Below, piece after piece: positions 1-12,984 of a DNA stretch of 64,000 bases. The DNA is from Malacoraja senta. Taxonomy: Eukaryota. The DNA lies in assembly GCA_038087875.1 (NCBI GenBank), contig CM075988.1, forward strand, positions 22,136,001-22,200,000. Reading direction: 5' to 3'. Position 1 is the first letter of the stretch; each line of letters begins with the position of its first letter. Under the pieces are notes generated by a model. It was not told where the DNA came from. It searched no databases and saw only the letters and a program-made list of their open reading frames with translations. The position numbers were made by a program, and so were the translations under genes.

Positions 1-29
1 AATTTGTCAAATGTGCTCTTTTATTACAG

Positions 30-145
30 ACGAAGTCAAGAGTTTGATAAGTGCATTTTGCTCTACTCCAGAAATAGTCAGCCAGGCAGTTGAGACCTTG
101 TACAAGCTCTGTCACGCTCATTGTAATACTCTAGAAGAGACGCAG
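30..145 (+). CDS. NCAPD3: NCAPD3 exon: (D)EVKSLISAFCSTPEIVSQAVETLYKLCHAHCNTLEETQ
   Basis: ttattacag|AC ... CAG|gtgag; 116 nt; phase fits the next exon. Confidence 0.9.
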
Positions 146-274
146 GTGAGTTTGAATCAACTGAAGTTGATACTGTGTTAAGCATAGAAAACTGGAACAT
201 AGAAGCAGGAGCCAATCTTGTCCCACCGTTCATTTTAATTCTAGCTGCCCTGACCGATGAAGGCAAGCGTGCGT

Positions 275-935
275 AATGCCTTCTTTACCACCCTGTCCGC
301 CTGTATCTTCACTTCCAGGGAACTATTTATTTGTGCCCATTGGTCCCTCTATTCTACAACATTCTCCAGGGCCCCACCATTTTCAGATTAAGTCTTGTCT
401 TAGGTGAACTTATCAAGGAGCAAGGTGAATACCTCATACATATCTGATTTTAAATGTCTGTCATTCCTTGGCCCACTTCCCTTGTTTATGTAGATCCCGT
501 TTATATTTCTTGGACAGCCTTCTTTACTGAACACTCAACCACCAACTTTGGTGTCATCTGCAACTGTGCAAACCATAGCATCAACATTCTTGTTCCAGTT
601 ATTAATAAAGATGACCAGCAACAGTGGACCCAGCACTGGTTCCCTGTGGTGCACCATTGGTCACCGGCCTCCAGTCTGAATAACATCCATTACCACCCTC
701 TGTCTCCTTCCAACCAGCCAATTTTGCATCCAGTTGGCTAGCTTAGGATCCCCTACTCTGGGCAAAAGACTCTGCGTTTACCTGTTCTATTCCTCGTGAT
801 TTTATACACTATAAGAGCACCCCCTCATCCGCCTGCGCTCTGAGGAATAAAGTCCCAGTCTGCTCACCCTCTCTCTGTAGCTCAAGCCCTCGAGTCCTGG
901 CAACATCCTCGTAAATCTTCTCTGCACCCTTTGAG
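275..935 (-). mobile_element. Old CR1-type LINE fragments
   Basis: - strand ttgcagatgacaccaaa (ADDTK RT motif) and CR1 3' region similarity; boundaries approximate. Confidence 0.65.
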
Positions 936-1007
936 CATGTGGAGGTGATTTTATTGTTTAAACTAAATGGTGTTGCAGCAGTGAATGATGCACTCTTTCC
1001 ACATTAG

Positions 1008-1115
1008 GTCCTGCTGGATCAGGTGTGCGGTGAGCTGATCTTGATTTGCGAGTCGTACATCTCTAATATTGTTTTTAGCGATGGAGGATCTCAGCATGCG
1101 GATGAAAGTATGTTG
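1008..1115 (+). CDS. NCAPD3: NCAPD3 exon: VLLDQVCGELILICESYISNIVFSDGGSQHADESML
   Basis: cattag|GTC ... TTG|gtaag; 108 nt. Confidence 0.92.
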
Positions 1116-1194
1116 GTAAGATTTTAGAACTAATTAATTCTAGATATCTGAAGTGTACTTAACTCTGCGTTTTAGAACCTTTATTAAATTCAGG

Positions 1195-1490
1195 TTAGTT
1201 TAGAGGCAGTGCACAAACGGGCCCTTAGCCAACGAATCCACAACGACCAGTAATCCCCGCACGTTAACACTACCCTACACTCACTAGGGACAATTTTACA
1301 TTTACACCAAGACAATTAACCTACAAACTTGTACGTCTTTGGAGTGTGGAGAAAACCGAAGATCTCGGAGAAAACCACGCAGGTCACGGGGAGAATGTAC
1401 AAACTCCGTACAGACAAGCATCTGTAGTTAGGATCGAATCCGGGTCTCTGGCCCTGTAAGGCAGCAGCTCTACCGCTGCGCCACCGTGCT
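1195..1490 (-). mobile_element. HE1-type tRNA-derived V-SINE
   Basis: A/B-box head (ggtggcgcagcggtag...gattcgatcc), central core, CR1-like tail ending ctaaac. Confidence 0.85.
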
Positions 1491-2029
1491 ACAGTTCACT
1501 TCCTTTAACGCTATAAAAATAAATGTACAGCATCAAAGTTGTGCGATAATTAACCTGTCACTCAGGAAGGGTTGGAGCAGGAATATGAGATTATTTCACT
1601 GTGAAATAATTATAGCTACTGTTTGTGGATAATGTAACTTGCCACAAAATATGTCAACATTCCTTAAAAAGTGCTGTTTGTGTGTAAGGCTCTTTTCACT
1701 TGGTCTTCACTCCTATCTTCACTAGTCACCCCTTTGTACTCTTTGTCCTGTCCCCTGTCCCTTTGAACCCTAGCTACTCATTGTCCCTGTCCCCCCCCCC
1801 CAGCACCTTCCCTCACCGCTCTCAATTTGTTGTCGAGCCTCTCCCTTGCGCCAGCCACTCTTTGTTTTTCCTCGCCATCTGCTTGCACACACTCTGTCAG
1901 GCACCTGCCCCCTCTGAACTGGTGAACCCTGTTGCATTAAGCCAACTATATTTATTTCATTACTATAGCCAGTGGGTACAGGGTGGTTCTCAGAAAACAT
2001 GTTGTGTAATCCGCTTTACTGTCCTCTCG

Positions 2030-2340
2030 AGTTTAGTTTATTTTAGAGATATTACATGGAAACAGGCCCTTCAGCCCAACAAGTCCATGCCGACCAGCGA
2101 TCCCCGCACATTAACACTTTCCTGCACACACTAGGGACAATTTACATTTATAGCAAGCCAATTAACCACGAACATGAACGTCTTTGGAGAATGGGAGGAA
2201 ATCAAAGATCTCGGAGAAAACTCACGAAGTCAGAGGGAGAACGTACAAACTCCATACAGCCAAGCGGCTGTAGTCGGGATGGAACCCGGGTCTCTGGCGC
2301 TGTAAGGCAGCAACTTTACCGCTAAGCCACTGTGCCGCCC
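2030..2340 (-). mobile_element. HE1-type SINE
   Basis: Same family consensus. Confidence 0.85.
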
Positions 2341-2445
2341 CACTAAGCTAAGTGCCACTTTGGATTCTGTGGGAGACCTACATTGAAGGTGTTGACGCGT
2401 AATGGAATTTGCTGTGTTCAAATGCAACGTTTTGTATTTCCTCAG

Positions 2446-2560
2446 GTGAAGCACCTTTTCACTCTTGGTGAGGCAGCACAGCTATGCCCGAGGAAAGTTG
2501 ATAAGCGGATCTTCCTGCTGGTCCAGTCATTTCTTGCTGGCCCTCTTGGTCTGAGTCCTG
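2446..2560 (+). CDS. NCAPD3: NCAPD3 exon: [38 protein letters not shown]
   Basis: cctcag|GTG ... CCTG|gtgag; 115 nt. Confidence 0.93.
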
Positions 2561-2716
2561 GTGAGAAATAATTAGTGCTAGAAATTTGGTAATGCTGAAT
2601 AATTGATATAAACCACACGCTGATGATAAAATAATTGAATGTCTTTCAGCTATTGCAAGGTTTAATGAATCATTCATTAAAATATATGAATGTAAAGAAG
2701 TTAACAAGGGGAAGTA

Positions 2717-2940
2717 TGTAGGAAGGAGATGCAGTTGCTGGAAGACAGACACAAAGTGCTGGAGTAATTCAGCGGGGTCAGGCAGCATCTCTGGGGAAAA
2801 GGAATAGGTGACGTTTCGGGTAGGATTCCTTCTTCAGACTTCAGACTTGCGTCTAAAGAAAGCTTCCAACCCGAAATGCCACCTATTCCTTTTCTCCAGA
2901 GATGCTGCCTGCTGAGTTGCTCCAGCATTTTATGTCTATA
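2717..2940. mobile_element. PLE terminal-repeat foldback element (degenerate)
   Basis: Inverted arms gctggagtaattcagc...gacgtttcggg / cccgaaatgcc...gctgagttgctccagc. Confidence 0.75.
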
Positions 2941-4097
2941 TTTTTAACAAGAGGAAGGGTGTGCCATCAAAGCAAAAACAACTGCTGCTGCTGGGGATAA
3001 AATATGAAAATAAATTTCAGAAATGCTCATTGGGTTAAGTTGCTTCTGTGATGAGAGAAACCATTAATATCTCAAGTCGATAATCTTTCTCCAAAGAGCT
3101 TCTTAATGGAGACTGTGTTAGGATGGCAACTATGTATGGATAAGTGCATTGCCTGACTAAATATGTGTACGGTATTTTGCTTTGTGAAATCAAATTTTGG
3201 CTGGACATAGAGAGTAACTGGCAGGACCCTTGGGAGCATTGATGTGTAGAAAGACCTTGGGGTGCGAATCCTAAGCTGCCTGAAAGTAATAATGTAGATG
3301 GATAGGGAACAATTTTTTGGTATGTTTGCCTTCATAGGCCAAGCCATTGAGTACAAGAGTTAGGACATCATGCTGTATACAACATTGATTAAACCACCTT
3401 TTAGAGTTTTGTCTACAGTTCTGGTCAAAATATTGCAGGAGGAATGTGGTTGCAATAGACAGCAGCTTTAAAAGTGAGTTAATTACCCAGCTGAGGTAAA
3501 ATGCATCCCTGTGTTCTGGTCTTTTCTTTTAAAAAGCAAGAGGGTTGCAGGCCATCATGTCCAGGGAATGTTCGTAAGTTCTAGGAGCAGAATTAGGCCA
3601 TTCGGCCGATCAAATCTACTCCGCTGTTCAATCATGGTTGATCTATCTTTCTCACTCAACCCCATTCTCCTGCCTTCTCCCCATAACCCCTGACACCCAC
3701 ACCCATGAATGTATTAGTGAAATGTATGATTTTTAAAGTAATTGATTCATGTTAAAAACATAAAACTAAACCTCTGTTTAACTTGAGACTATTAGTTGTT
3801 GGATAAGTCAATTGGTTCTCTTTGCTTTCATTTTAATTTACGAGTAAGTAAGAGTTATTTAATAGACAGGAGGTAAACAAAATATTTTAACAATGCTAGT
3901 TTTCTGGTTGGTCTTTTAATTTTAAACATTTTAATTACAGTCGAACCCTTTTCATTCCAAGTTCCTGGAGTTGAAAATAATTTTACATTAATGTAAGAAA
4001 AATTATTATCTGAAAGAGTCTTTCTATATGATGTGTTAGGTTATTTAAATATTTGTTCTTTGAGCTCAAATATTTCACTTGTCGGTTATTGTTTCAG

Positions 4098-4193
4098 ATA
4101 GCAGTGATCTCCCGGCTTCACAGCCCCTTACAGAGTTTTCGGGATCTGCTGCCGTATCTTCAGTTGTCCGAGCACATGCCTTTTTTACTCTCG
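4098..4193 (+). CDS. NCAPD3: NCAPD3 exon: (D)SSDLPASQPLTEFSGSAAVSSVVRAHAFFTL(G)
   Basis: gtttcag|AT ... CTCG|gtaag; 96 nt. Confidence 0.92.
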
Positions 4194-4452
4194 GTAAGAC
4201 CATTGCTGCATGGTTCTGCTCGTGTGTCTCCACCATTTTGTGTACTTGTTCCCTGCATGGGCATTTCTCACAAGACAACTGGATAGTCATCAGGAGTGGC
4301 AATGTTTAGTTTATTATCCTTCTCTCTGATCTGAGATATGAAAGGCAAAATATAATCTTATTAACATTCCAGACAAGGCCAGATAGTGATAGGTCAAACT
4401 AAATCATACTACATCGTGGTTCTTCACATTACCAGTTTTCTTGCATTAAATG

Positions 4453-4579
4453 TGTAAGAAGGAACTGCAGATGCTGGTTTAAGCCGAAGATAGACACAAA
4501 AAGCTGGAGTAACTCAGCGGGATAGGCAGCATCTCTGGAGAGAAGGAATGGGTGACGTTTCGGGTCGAGACTCTTCATA
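4453..4579 (-). mobile_element. PLE terminal repeat, truncated within the hammerhead core, with 14-bp TSD
   Basis: tcttgcattaaatg at 4439-4452 and 4580-4593. Confidence 0.8.
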
Positions 4580-4607
4580 TCTTGCATTAAATGCTGGAAA
4601 TCTAAGC

Positions 4608-5020
4608 AAGAGTTAAGAGTTCAAGAGAGTTTATTGTCATGTGTCCCTGATAGGACAATGAAATTCTTGCTCTGCTTTAGCACACCAGAACATAGTAGGC
4701 ACAAATACTGAACAGATCAGTGTGTCCATATACCATTATATAAATATATACACACATGAATAAATAGACAGATAAAGTGCAAATGAACAGATTATTGGCG
4801 ATTAATGTTCAGAGTTTTGTCCGAGCCGAGTTTAATAGCCTGATGGCTGTGGGGAAGAAGCTGTTCCTGAACCTGGTCGTTGCAGTCTTCAGGCTCCTGT
4901 ACCTTCTACCTGAAGGTAGTGGGGAGATGACTGTATGGCCCAGATGGTGTGGGTCCTGGATGATGCTGCCAGCCTTTTTGAGGCAGCGACTGTGATAGAT
5001 CCCCTCGATGGTAGGGAGGT
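4608..5020 (-). mobile_element. Rex1/Babar-type LINE 3' end
   Basis: Peptide AGSIIQDPHHLGH...LPSGRRYRSLKTATTRFRNSFFPTAIRLLN; stem-loop 3' UTR and short tandem tail. Confidence 0.8.
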
Positions 5021-5228
5021 TAAAGAATGTTAACAAACTTCCAAATCTTTTATGTACACTGAAGAAGTGTCCGTAACCATGTTATACAGAGATGCTGCCT
5101 GACCTGCTGAGTTACTCCAGCACTTTGTGTCCTATTGAGAATAACTCCTTGCTCACCTTAAATTTAAGTCTGAGCAATACATCATTTTTTTGCTGATGCC
5201 CCTCTTTATTTCATTTTCTAATCTCCAG

Positions 5229-5467
5229 GAAAGTTGTGCCTGCAGCATGAAGATCTAGCTAAGAAATGCATTGCTGCTCTTGCACGCGAGTTGGAGGTGT
5301 GCAAAGATGTTGCCGTTCGCAATAATGTCATCATCATCATATGCGACCTCTGCATGCGATACACTACCATGGTGGTTCGGTACATTCCTAATGTCGCTGT
5401 GTGTTTAAAAGACAGTGACCCCTTTATCCGTAAACAGACCATGGTTATGCTGACAAACCTACTCCAG
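5229..5467 (+). CDS. NCAPD3: NCAPD3 exon (HEAT/Cnd1 region): [12 protein letters not shown]...[17 protein letters not shown]
   Basis: ctccag|GA ... CAG|gtaaac; 239 nt; highly conserved peptide. Confidence 0.97.
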
Positions 5468-5846
5468 GTAAACGAGGGGCAAGCTTCCTTATTGTTTGAG
5501 ATCAAATAAATGGCTATAGTATTTTAGTATCTCTGTTCCAGATACATAATCTTGAGTTGGTTCAAGACTTACGCTCAGTAAAATTTCTTTAAGCTGTTAC
5601 TCTTCACACACTCATAGGTTTTAAGACCAGAATTGGCCATCCTGCCCATCAAATCTACTCCACAATTCGATCATGGCTGATCTATCTTTCCCTCTCAACC
5701 CCATTTTCCTGCCTTCTCCCCATAACCCCTGACATCCGTACTAACCTGTACTCTTATTATTAATCTGAAATGCAATTTATTTTTCTAGATGCATTACTTT
5801 GATGAACAAAATTTACTTAGTTTGTACTTGTGAAAACTGATTCCTA

Positions 5847-7176
5847 ACCCTATAATACATAGTGGAATACGAATTTGGAAACAATTAAAAAAGGCTTTAA
5901 AACTGAATAATATACCACTATGTCTTCCCATTGTAAATAATCCTCTATTCAAGCCATCCATATTGGATAGAGGTTTTATACAATGGAAGAATCATGGAAT
6001 TAAAAGGATTGGACATCTTTATAGGGAAGGCATCTTTCTGTCATTTCAAGAGTTACAACAGAATCATGGACTACACTCAAATAACTTTTTTCAGATATTT
6101 ACAAATTAGAGATTATGTTAAATCCAATACACAAGTTTATAGGACTAGGGAACCAGAAATTCTTGATGAATGTTTGAATAAGCATCCTAACACTGAAAAA
6201 TTAATAGCTTATATTTATAACATTCTCCTAAATAATGAGGTACCACCGATGGAACTATATAGACATAAATGGGAAAATGAGTTAGGTTATCCTATTACGA
6301 AAGATATTTGGGACGAAAGTTTACAACATATACATCAATGTTCGTTAAATGCCAGACATGCTTTAATACAATTTAAAGTCTTACACAGATTACATTACTC
6401 CAAAATAAAACTAAATAGAATTTTCCCACATATTTCTCCTATATGTGATAAATGCCTGCACCTAGAGGCCAATTTAACACATACCTTTGCAAATTGTATA
6501 AAAATTAAAAATTACTGGACTGATATTTTTCAAATAATCTCTGAAGTTGTTAATACCAAATTGGCTCCAGACTCAAAATTAATAATACTTGGGATATCAG
6601 AACAAAGTTTAACACTCACAACAAGCCAAAGAAACTTCCTTGACTACAGTATAATAACAGGGAAAAAATTAATATAAAAATTCTGGAAAGGCCCTACAAC
6701 CCCCACAATTAAAATGTGGATTGTGGAAATGTCGGAGACCCTACATCTAGAAAGAATTAGACTTGTCTTAATGGACAAGCAAGAACTTTTTGTTAAAATA
6801 TGGGCTCCATTCATTGCCTATTTGAAGGGATAGAGTGGCCCAGCGCGAAAGCCCGACTGAAGCTTGAACTCGGGATTAGATGTAATTATATTTCATAACC
6901 TACGAACTTATCTCCTATGACGTATTATAAGTTATTCATTCCACCTCTTTTTCTTTTTTGATATTGTAATTCTTCTTTCTCTCTCTTCTTTCTTCTTTCT
7001 CTCTATTTTTCTTTTTCTATCTATATTTAAAAAAAAACACTAGAAGCAGAATTAACTGACAATTGACAAATTTAATAATGTATGAGTGATTGATGTATAT
7101 GAAAAGTTTTTTCTTCTATTATAATATGTTACTCTACATTGTAATATGTTTGCTTCTAATAAAAATTTATATCACA
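5847..7176 (+). mobile_element. 5'-truncated L1/Tx1-clade LINE with 15-bp TSD
   Basis: ORF2 C-terminus with CDKC-x8-H-x4-C knuckle; AATAAA at 7158; gaaaactgattccta at 5832-5846 and 7177-7191. Confidence 0.88.
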
Positions 7177-7462
7177 GAAAACTGATTCCTATGAGTATAC
7201 AATCTAAGAGAAATGCACTGCTAAATATTTACTAATTTTGATTTAGCAATTTTTTTTATCATCCTTTTCAAATGTTTTATTTTGTTAACTTCTAACTTAA
7301 TAGCAATGCTATACACATGTGCCATTTATCGTATAGTTGGATGTTATGGCCTTGAAAAGAAGTTCCTTTAGAGGGATCAAGTTTTATGAATGAAGTGGTT
7401 ATGTTTTCTGTGACAAAGTACTCTTTTGCCTGTAAAAATATCCATGTTTTTTTTTGTGTGTG

Positions 7463-7850
7463 TTTAGTTTAGAGATACAGCGTGGAAACAATCCCTTCTC
7501 ACCAAGTCCATGCCGACCAGCGATCCCCGCACACTTGCACTGTCCTACACACACTAGGGACAATTTGCAATTACACAAACCATATAACCATAACAGCACG
7601 GAAACAGGCCATCTCGACCCTTCAAGTCCGTGCCGAACATTTTATTTTTAATTTTTTATTTTTTAAAATAAATACTTCCCCCAATTAACCGACCATCCTG
7701 TATGTCTTTGGAGTGTGGGAGGAAACCGGAGATCATGGAAAAAGCCCACGGGGAGAACGTACAAACTTCATACAGACAACACCCGTAGTCAGGATTGAAC
7801 CTGGGTCTGGTGCTGTAAGGCAGCAACTCTACTGGTGCGCCACAGTGTTG
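7463..7850 (-). mobile_element. HE1-type SINE (interrupted)
   Basis: Family consensus in two pieces. Confidence 0.75.
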
Positions 7851-8241
7851 TTGATCTACGATTTTCCATCTTTGTTTCCCAGGGCTCTCGCTTTTTGGCT
7901 AAACTATTTGTTTATTTGTGGGATTAAGGCCAACTGGTGTGACAGTCTCCAGGCTGATGGATGCTGCAGCCGGCCACAACCCTCTCAAGATCCACAGCTA
8001 ATGGGAGCTAAGCACTATGTTCACTAAAATTCTGCTCATTGAGCAGAACCTTGGAAAAATTTGTCCCATGGGAAATAAACTAAATTTTCACTCATTTATC
8101 GTACTAGCATATAGTCAGTTTCAAGGAATACAATACAATACAGGGAATATTTAGGTCAAAACACTTTTGGAGGCAATTGTCGTTACAGATCCATGAGTTT
8201 TCATCATTTTCAAGGGGATTGATATATTTTTTTCTTTACAG

Positions 8242-8321
8242 GATGAATTTATAAAATGGAAAGGTTCCCTCTTCTTCAGATTTGTAAGCGTTTTGGTGGA
8301 TTCAGATGAAAGTATACGGAG
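8242..8321 (+). CDS. NCAPD3: NCAPD3 exon: [26 protein letters not shown](S)
   Basis: tttacag|GAT ... GAG|gtaaat; 80 nt. Confidence 0.95.
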
Positions 8322-8439
8322 GTAAATGGCTTTAAGTAAAAAAATGTCAACTAAAGTGTTCTTTTCCTTGACAATGGACACACAATGGGTAAAATTCCAA
8401 AAGGGTTTGTGGCTACTTAACTGTTTATGGCTGAGTTTG

Positions 8440-8648
8440 AACACGATCCTCACTACGGGTGCTGTCTGTACGGAGTCTGCACGTTCTATCCTCCCACATT
8501 CCAAAGACGTGTAGGTTAATTGGCCTCTGTAAATTGTCCCTAGCATGTTGGATAGAATGAGTGTAAGGGTGATTGCTGGTCGGCACGGACTCGGTGGGCT
8601 GAAGGGCCTGTTTCCATGCTGTATCTCTAAACTAAACCAAACTAAAGT
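8440..8648 (+). mobile_element. HE1-type SINE (5'-truncated)
   Basis: Core and tail ...gaagggcctgtttcc...ctaaactaaa. Confidence 0.8.
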
Positions 8649-10242
8649 TCAGGGGTTTGGAAAATGTGCTAATGGTTACCTTACCACTCTGTCCCAGACC
8701 CTTCTCGGGGAGTCTACAATGTTCCCACCTCCCTTGCACAAAGCAGGGCTTTCTTTTTTCCATTTGTTTGCATAGGAATGCCATATCCCTCACTGAGACC
8801 TGCTTTCGGGGCCTGCTTTCTGTTGACAATATCCATTCTGCTACATTGTCAAACACATTGCACTTGCTGCATTGTGTGTGGTGATGTTGAAGCAGCCCCT
8901 CCGAAGGCTCTCTCTCTCTCTCTCACATTGTTTGTCTGCTGGACAAACAACCAGCAGATGTTTGATATTTGAATGAAAGCACAATGTTGTGGCTTTGTTT
9001 GGCCAGATTGTTTGGCCTGTTGTGGCCAGATAAGGAAGCATTTGACATTTCAAGCATGACACTCTGACCTTTAACTGTTGGCAATGGATATTGTCGCAGA
9101 AACCGTGCTTAGGTTTAGGTTTATTATGGCCACATGTACCGATGTACAGTGAAAAAGGTTTGTTTTGCATGCTATTGAAACAGATGATACAATCAATTCA
9201 GGCCCAAGCAGGAAGAGATGGAACAAAGGGGAAAATACAGAATGCAGAATTAGTTCTCAGCACTGCAGCACATCAGTTCCTTAGAGAAAGTCCAATGTTC
9301 ATAATGGGGTAGAGGTGAATGCAACAGTACCCTGGCTTACGGAAGGACAGTTCAGAAGCCTTAGAGCAGAGGGGAAGAAGTTGTTCCTGAGTCTGATGGT
9401 GCCACCATCATCAGCACACAATAAACACGGCACAGAGTTGTAATCTTATTTTATCATTGGCCACGATATTGGATGCATATTGATGAAATACTGGTCAAGG
9501 ATTGGTGTGTGAGGAATGGTCATAAATTCAAGGGGCACTGACGCCGGTTCTTTTGGAAGAGATGGCTGTTTCGTTTAAGATGAACTTCACTTTGACACAT
9601 TGTTGGCCCAGACTGAAGAACAGGCTTTAAAAATAAATAGTTGATTAGGGTGTGTTGTGGACGGGTTCGGATGAGAGGAAATTAAAAAAATTGTAGAGAA
9701 AAGCTGACAGTGTCAGAAAAATGACAGAGCATGTTAAGTATACCTCCAATTAGGGTCAAATTAGAGGTACGTAGTTTTAAAAAGATGTAAAATTGAACGT
9801 TCTTCATCTGAATGCAGGCAAATTGTTGGTTAAATAGAAATAAATTAGCACCTTCTTGATTTTTCTCATCCAAACTGGTGTGGACTTGCTGCAACCTTGG
9901 GGCAAGCAGTGATCCTCAGACATGATCTCTGATAGAGTGGGCACTATAGATGTTCAGCTATCTTTTATTGCTCTATATTATTTGTTTTCATTAATTTCCT
10001 TGACAAAGCATTCTAAACAGAATCTTCAATATTTCATAAGCTCAGCTATAAAGTTTCTTTCTATGTATCATTGATCTTAACATGTTCATTCGTCTTATAT
10101 GTATAAGTTAAGTTTCATCTTTAAGATAAAGTAATAACAAGAAGTTTGCTAATAAATCGGTGTTTGTTAATTTGACACTTTTTTGGTTCATGTGATTTGA
10201 TGATTTAAATGTGTGATAAAACTGACTTCTATTTTATTTCAG

Positions 10243-10380
10243 CTTTGCAGAGTTCTGTTTAGTCCACCTGCTCCTGAAAAGAAACCAGGTTATGTTCTCT
10301 CAACAATTTACTGAATGCATTTTCCACTTCAATGCCTATGAAAAACATGACAAATACAATAAATGTTCTCAAACTGAGCG
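10243..10380 (+). CDS. NCAPD3: NCAPD3 exon: [45 protein letters not shown](R)
   Basis: atttcag|C ... GCG|gtacgt; 138 nt. Confidence 0.95.
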
Positions 10381-11694
10381 GTACGTCAACTTCACTTCTA
10401 AGTGATGGCACTATCATTGTGACATGCTTTGACCATCAACCTGAAGAGGTTTCATACACTAGCATTAAGTCCTTGGTAGAATTCACAATAAAGATTACCA
10501 CATTAATCACTAACATCAAAATAGTCAGTCGTACATCATGGAAACAGGCCCTTCAGCCCAACTCATTCACGTTGACCAAGATGCCCTATCTAAACTAGTC
10601 CCAGTTATCTACATATGGCCCATATCCCTCTAAATATCGTTTATCCTTTTAACTGTCCAAGTGCCTTTCAAATGTTGTCATTGTATCACCCTCAACTACC
10701 TCCTGGCAGCTCTTTCCATATTCCCACCACCCTCAGTGGAAAAGTTGCCCCTCATGTACCTATTAAATCTTTCCCCTCTAGGATAGGATGGGTTTGTTTC
10801 CTTGGAGTGGGGGATGCCGAGGTATACAAACTTATACGCTCATCAATAGATAGCAGGAAGCTTTCCACGGCATAGGTTTGGGGTAAGGCTTAAGGATGTT
10901 CAGAGGGGACCTTTGTAGATTAGTGACTCATGCTATGAGTCATGCATTTGTAGTTACGCCCACTAGCTTGTTAGCGTCACAGTCTGCTGCATTCTGTTAG
11001 TTTTTAAAAGTGAACTCTTAAGTGAGAAGTTGTATTGCTTGTAACCAATAAAATCTATATAACCTGACATGGTGTAAGGCCACTGTTATTATAAGGACTA
11101 CAAATCAACAGCCGTGAGAAATGTTTCACCTGGCGAATGCTTGGAATCTGAAACGTACTGCTGAGGGTGGAGGAGGCATACTCGTACTACATTTATGAAG
11201 CATTGGGACAAGCACTTGTAAGGCTTTGAAGGCTACCGATCATGTACTGGTAAATGGGAACATGGGTCAGCATGAGTATGGTGGGCTGTAGGGCCTACTC
11301 CTGTGCTGGGTGACTATGACAGTGGAAACCCTCAGTAGCAATATTCGGCTAGTTTGACCCATGATACTTTGAGTACATCCATACAAGCATATCCCATAAG
11401 AGGCTGAAACTTGTTTATCATAAAGCAACCAAAAATAAAATAAACATTTGTAATTTAAAGCTTTTTCAAATAAATATGAATGGTGACATTCACTCTAGTC
11501 ATTATTTTATTTACAGCTGTATACAAAAATAGCAAGAATTCATATTGCACTCAGTTGTAATGTAATAGTTTTTTGAGCAATTGGTATGTGTCAAGTTCAT
11601 TGTTTGCTGGTTGAAGTCATATTTTATTGTCTATATTCAGTATTTCAGGAGAATGGAATGCTCCATTATTGACTGTTCTATGTATCCATAACAG

Positions 11695-11828
11695 AGAGAA
11701 GACGCTATTTTCCTTGAAGGGGAATAAAAACAAAGAGAAACGAATGACTATTTACAAGTTTCTGTTGAAACACTTCACAGATGAACAACGTTTCAATGTT
11801 ACCAACAAACTTGCTCATGATATTCTAG
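11695..11828 (+). CDS. NCAPD3: NCAPD3 exon: [44 protein letters not shown]
   Basis: ataacag|A ... CTAG|gtatga; 134 nt. Confidence 0.94.
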
Positions 11829-11857
11829 GTATGAATTTATGATCCTATTAACGTTTC

Positions 11858-12170
11858 TGTTTAGTTTAGTTTCGAGATACAGCGCGGTAACAGGCCCTTC
11901 GGCCCACTGAGTTCACACTGTCCAGTGATCCCCGCACATTAACACTACCCTACACACACTTTACACTTATACCAAGCCAATTAACCTACTACCCTATACG
12001 TTTTTGGAGTGTGGGAGGAAACCGAAGTTCTCGGAAAAAATCCATGCAGGTCACGGGGAGAAGGTACAAACTGCGTACAGACAGTAGCCGTGGTCGGGAT
12101 CGAACCTGGGTCTCCGGTGCTGCAAGCGCTGTAAGGCAGCAACTCTACTGCTGCGACACCATGCCGCCCT
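11858..12170 (-). mobile_element. HE1-type SINE
   Basis: Family consensus. Confidence 0.85.
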
Positions 12171-12787
12171 TGTGCCGTGTGCATCACACCAGTGGGGTTT
12201 AATGGTATAACCTCAACCAACCTTAAGCCATTTGGATTTTCTGGTGACCAGTTATTGCAATGCCTGTACACTTCATTCAAAAAAGATATTGTGACGTAAT
12301 CAGATTTTTTACCTCTGGATGCCTCCGGCTAATTTTGGGGATATGTTTTTGAGCATACTTTCTTCACGGAGCAATGATGTCCATGTCCTAATCTTCACTG
12401 GTGTACACTCTCCCTAACAGTGAGGGAAAGAGTGGGCAGACCCACTTGACAACATCCAGCCCTCCTCGAAGAGAGGCACAAATCAGGCTGCATCTCTGGA
12501 GAAAAAGAATCGATGACGTTTCGGGTCGAGACCCTTCTTCAAACCTTCCTCATCCAGGTCAACCTATCGCTTGCCCTTGCTTGTCCCACTCCTCTCACCT
12601 CTTTACACTGGCTATCTCCCCTCCACTCTTGCAGAGTTGACTCGATACATTCTCTGTCAATTTCCCCCTACAGATGCTGCCTGACCCGCTGAGTTCTCCA
12701 GCAGTTTGTTATTTGCTCCAGACTCCAGTATCTGCAGTCTCTTGCAACTCCACTTTATGATGCCCATTTTAATTGATCTGTTTTCAG

Positions 12788-12984
12788 CGTGTTTCGTTGA
12801 TGGAATGCTTCCATTGGATATGGAGGCAAACGAATTGCTCTCGGATACATTCGTGGTGATGAGTTGCAAGGAGATCAAACTCACTTCTTTTCGAACAAAA
12901 TCTAGTGATGATGCTCAGCTGGATGATGAAATGGCCATGGCTAATGCAGTCATGCAGGTAGCACAGAAAAAGCTCATATCACAG
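12788..12984 (+). CDS. NCAPD3: NCAPD3 exon: (A)[21 protein letters not shown]...AQKKLISQ
   Basis: ttttcag|CG ... CAG|gtaact; 197 nt. Confidence 0.95.

Noticed and set aside
11627..11694. In-frame upstream extension or alternative acceptor at 11648 for the NCAPD3 exon
   Set aside because: The AG at 11647-11648 gives the wrong phase for the upstream donor; 11695 fits both phase and homology.
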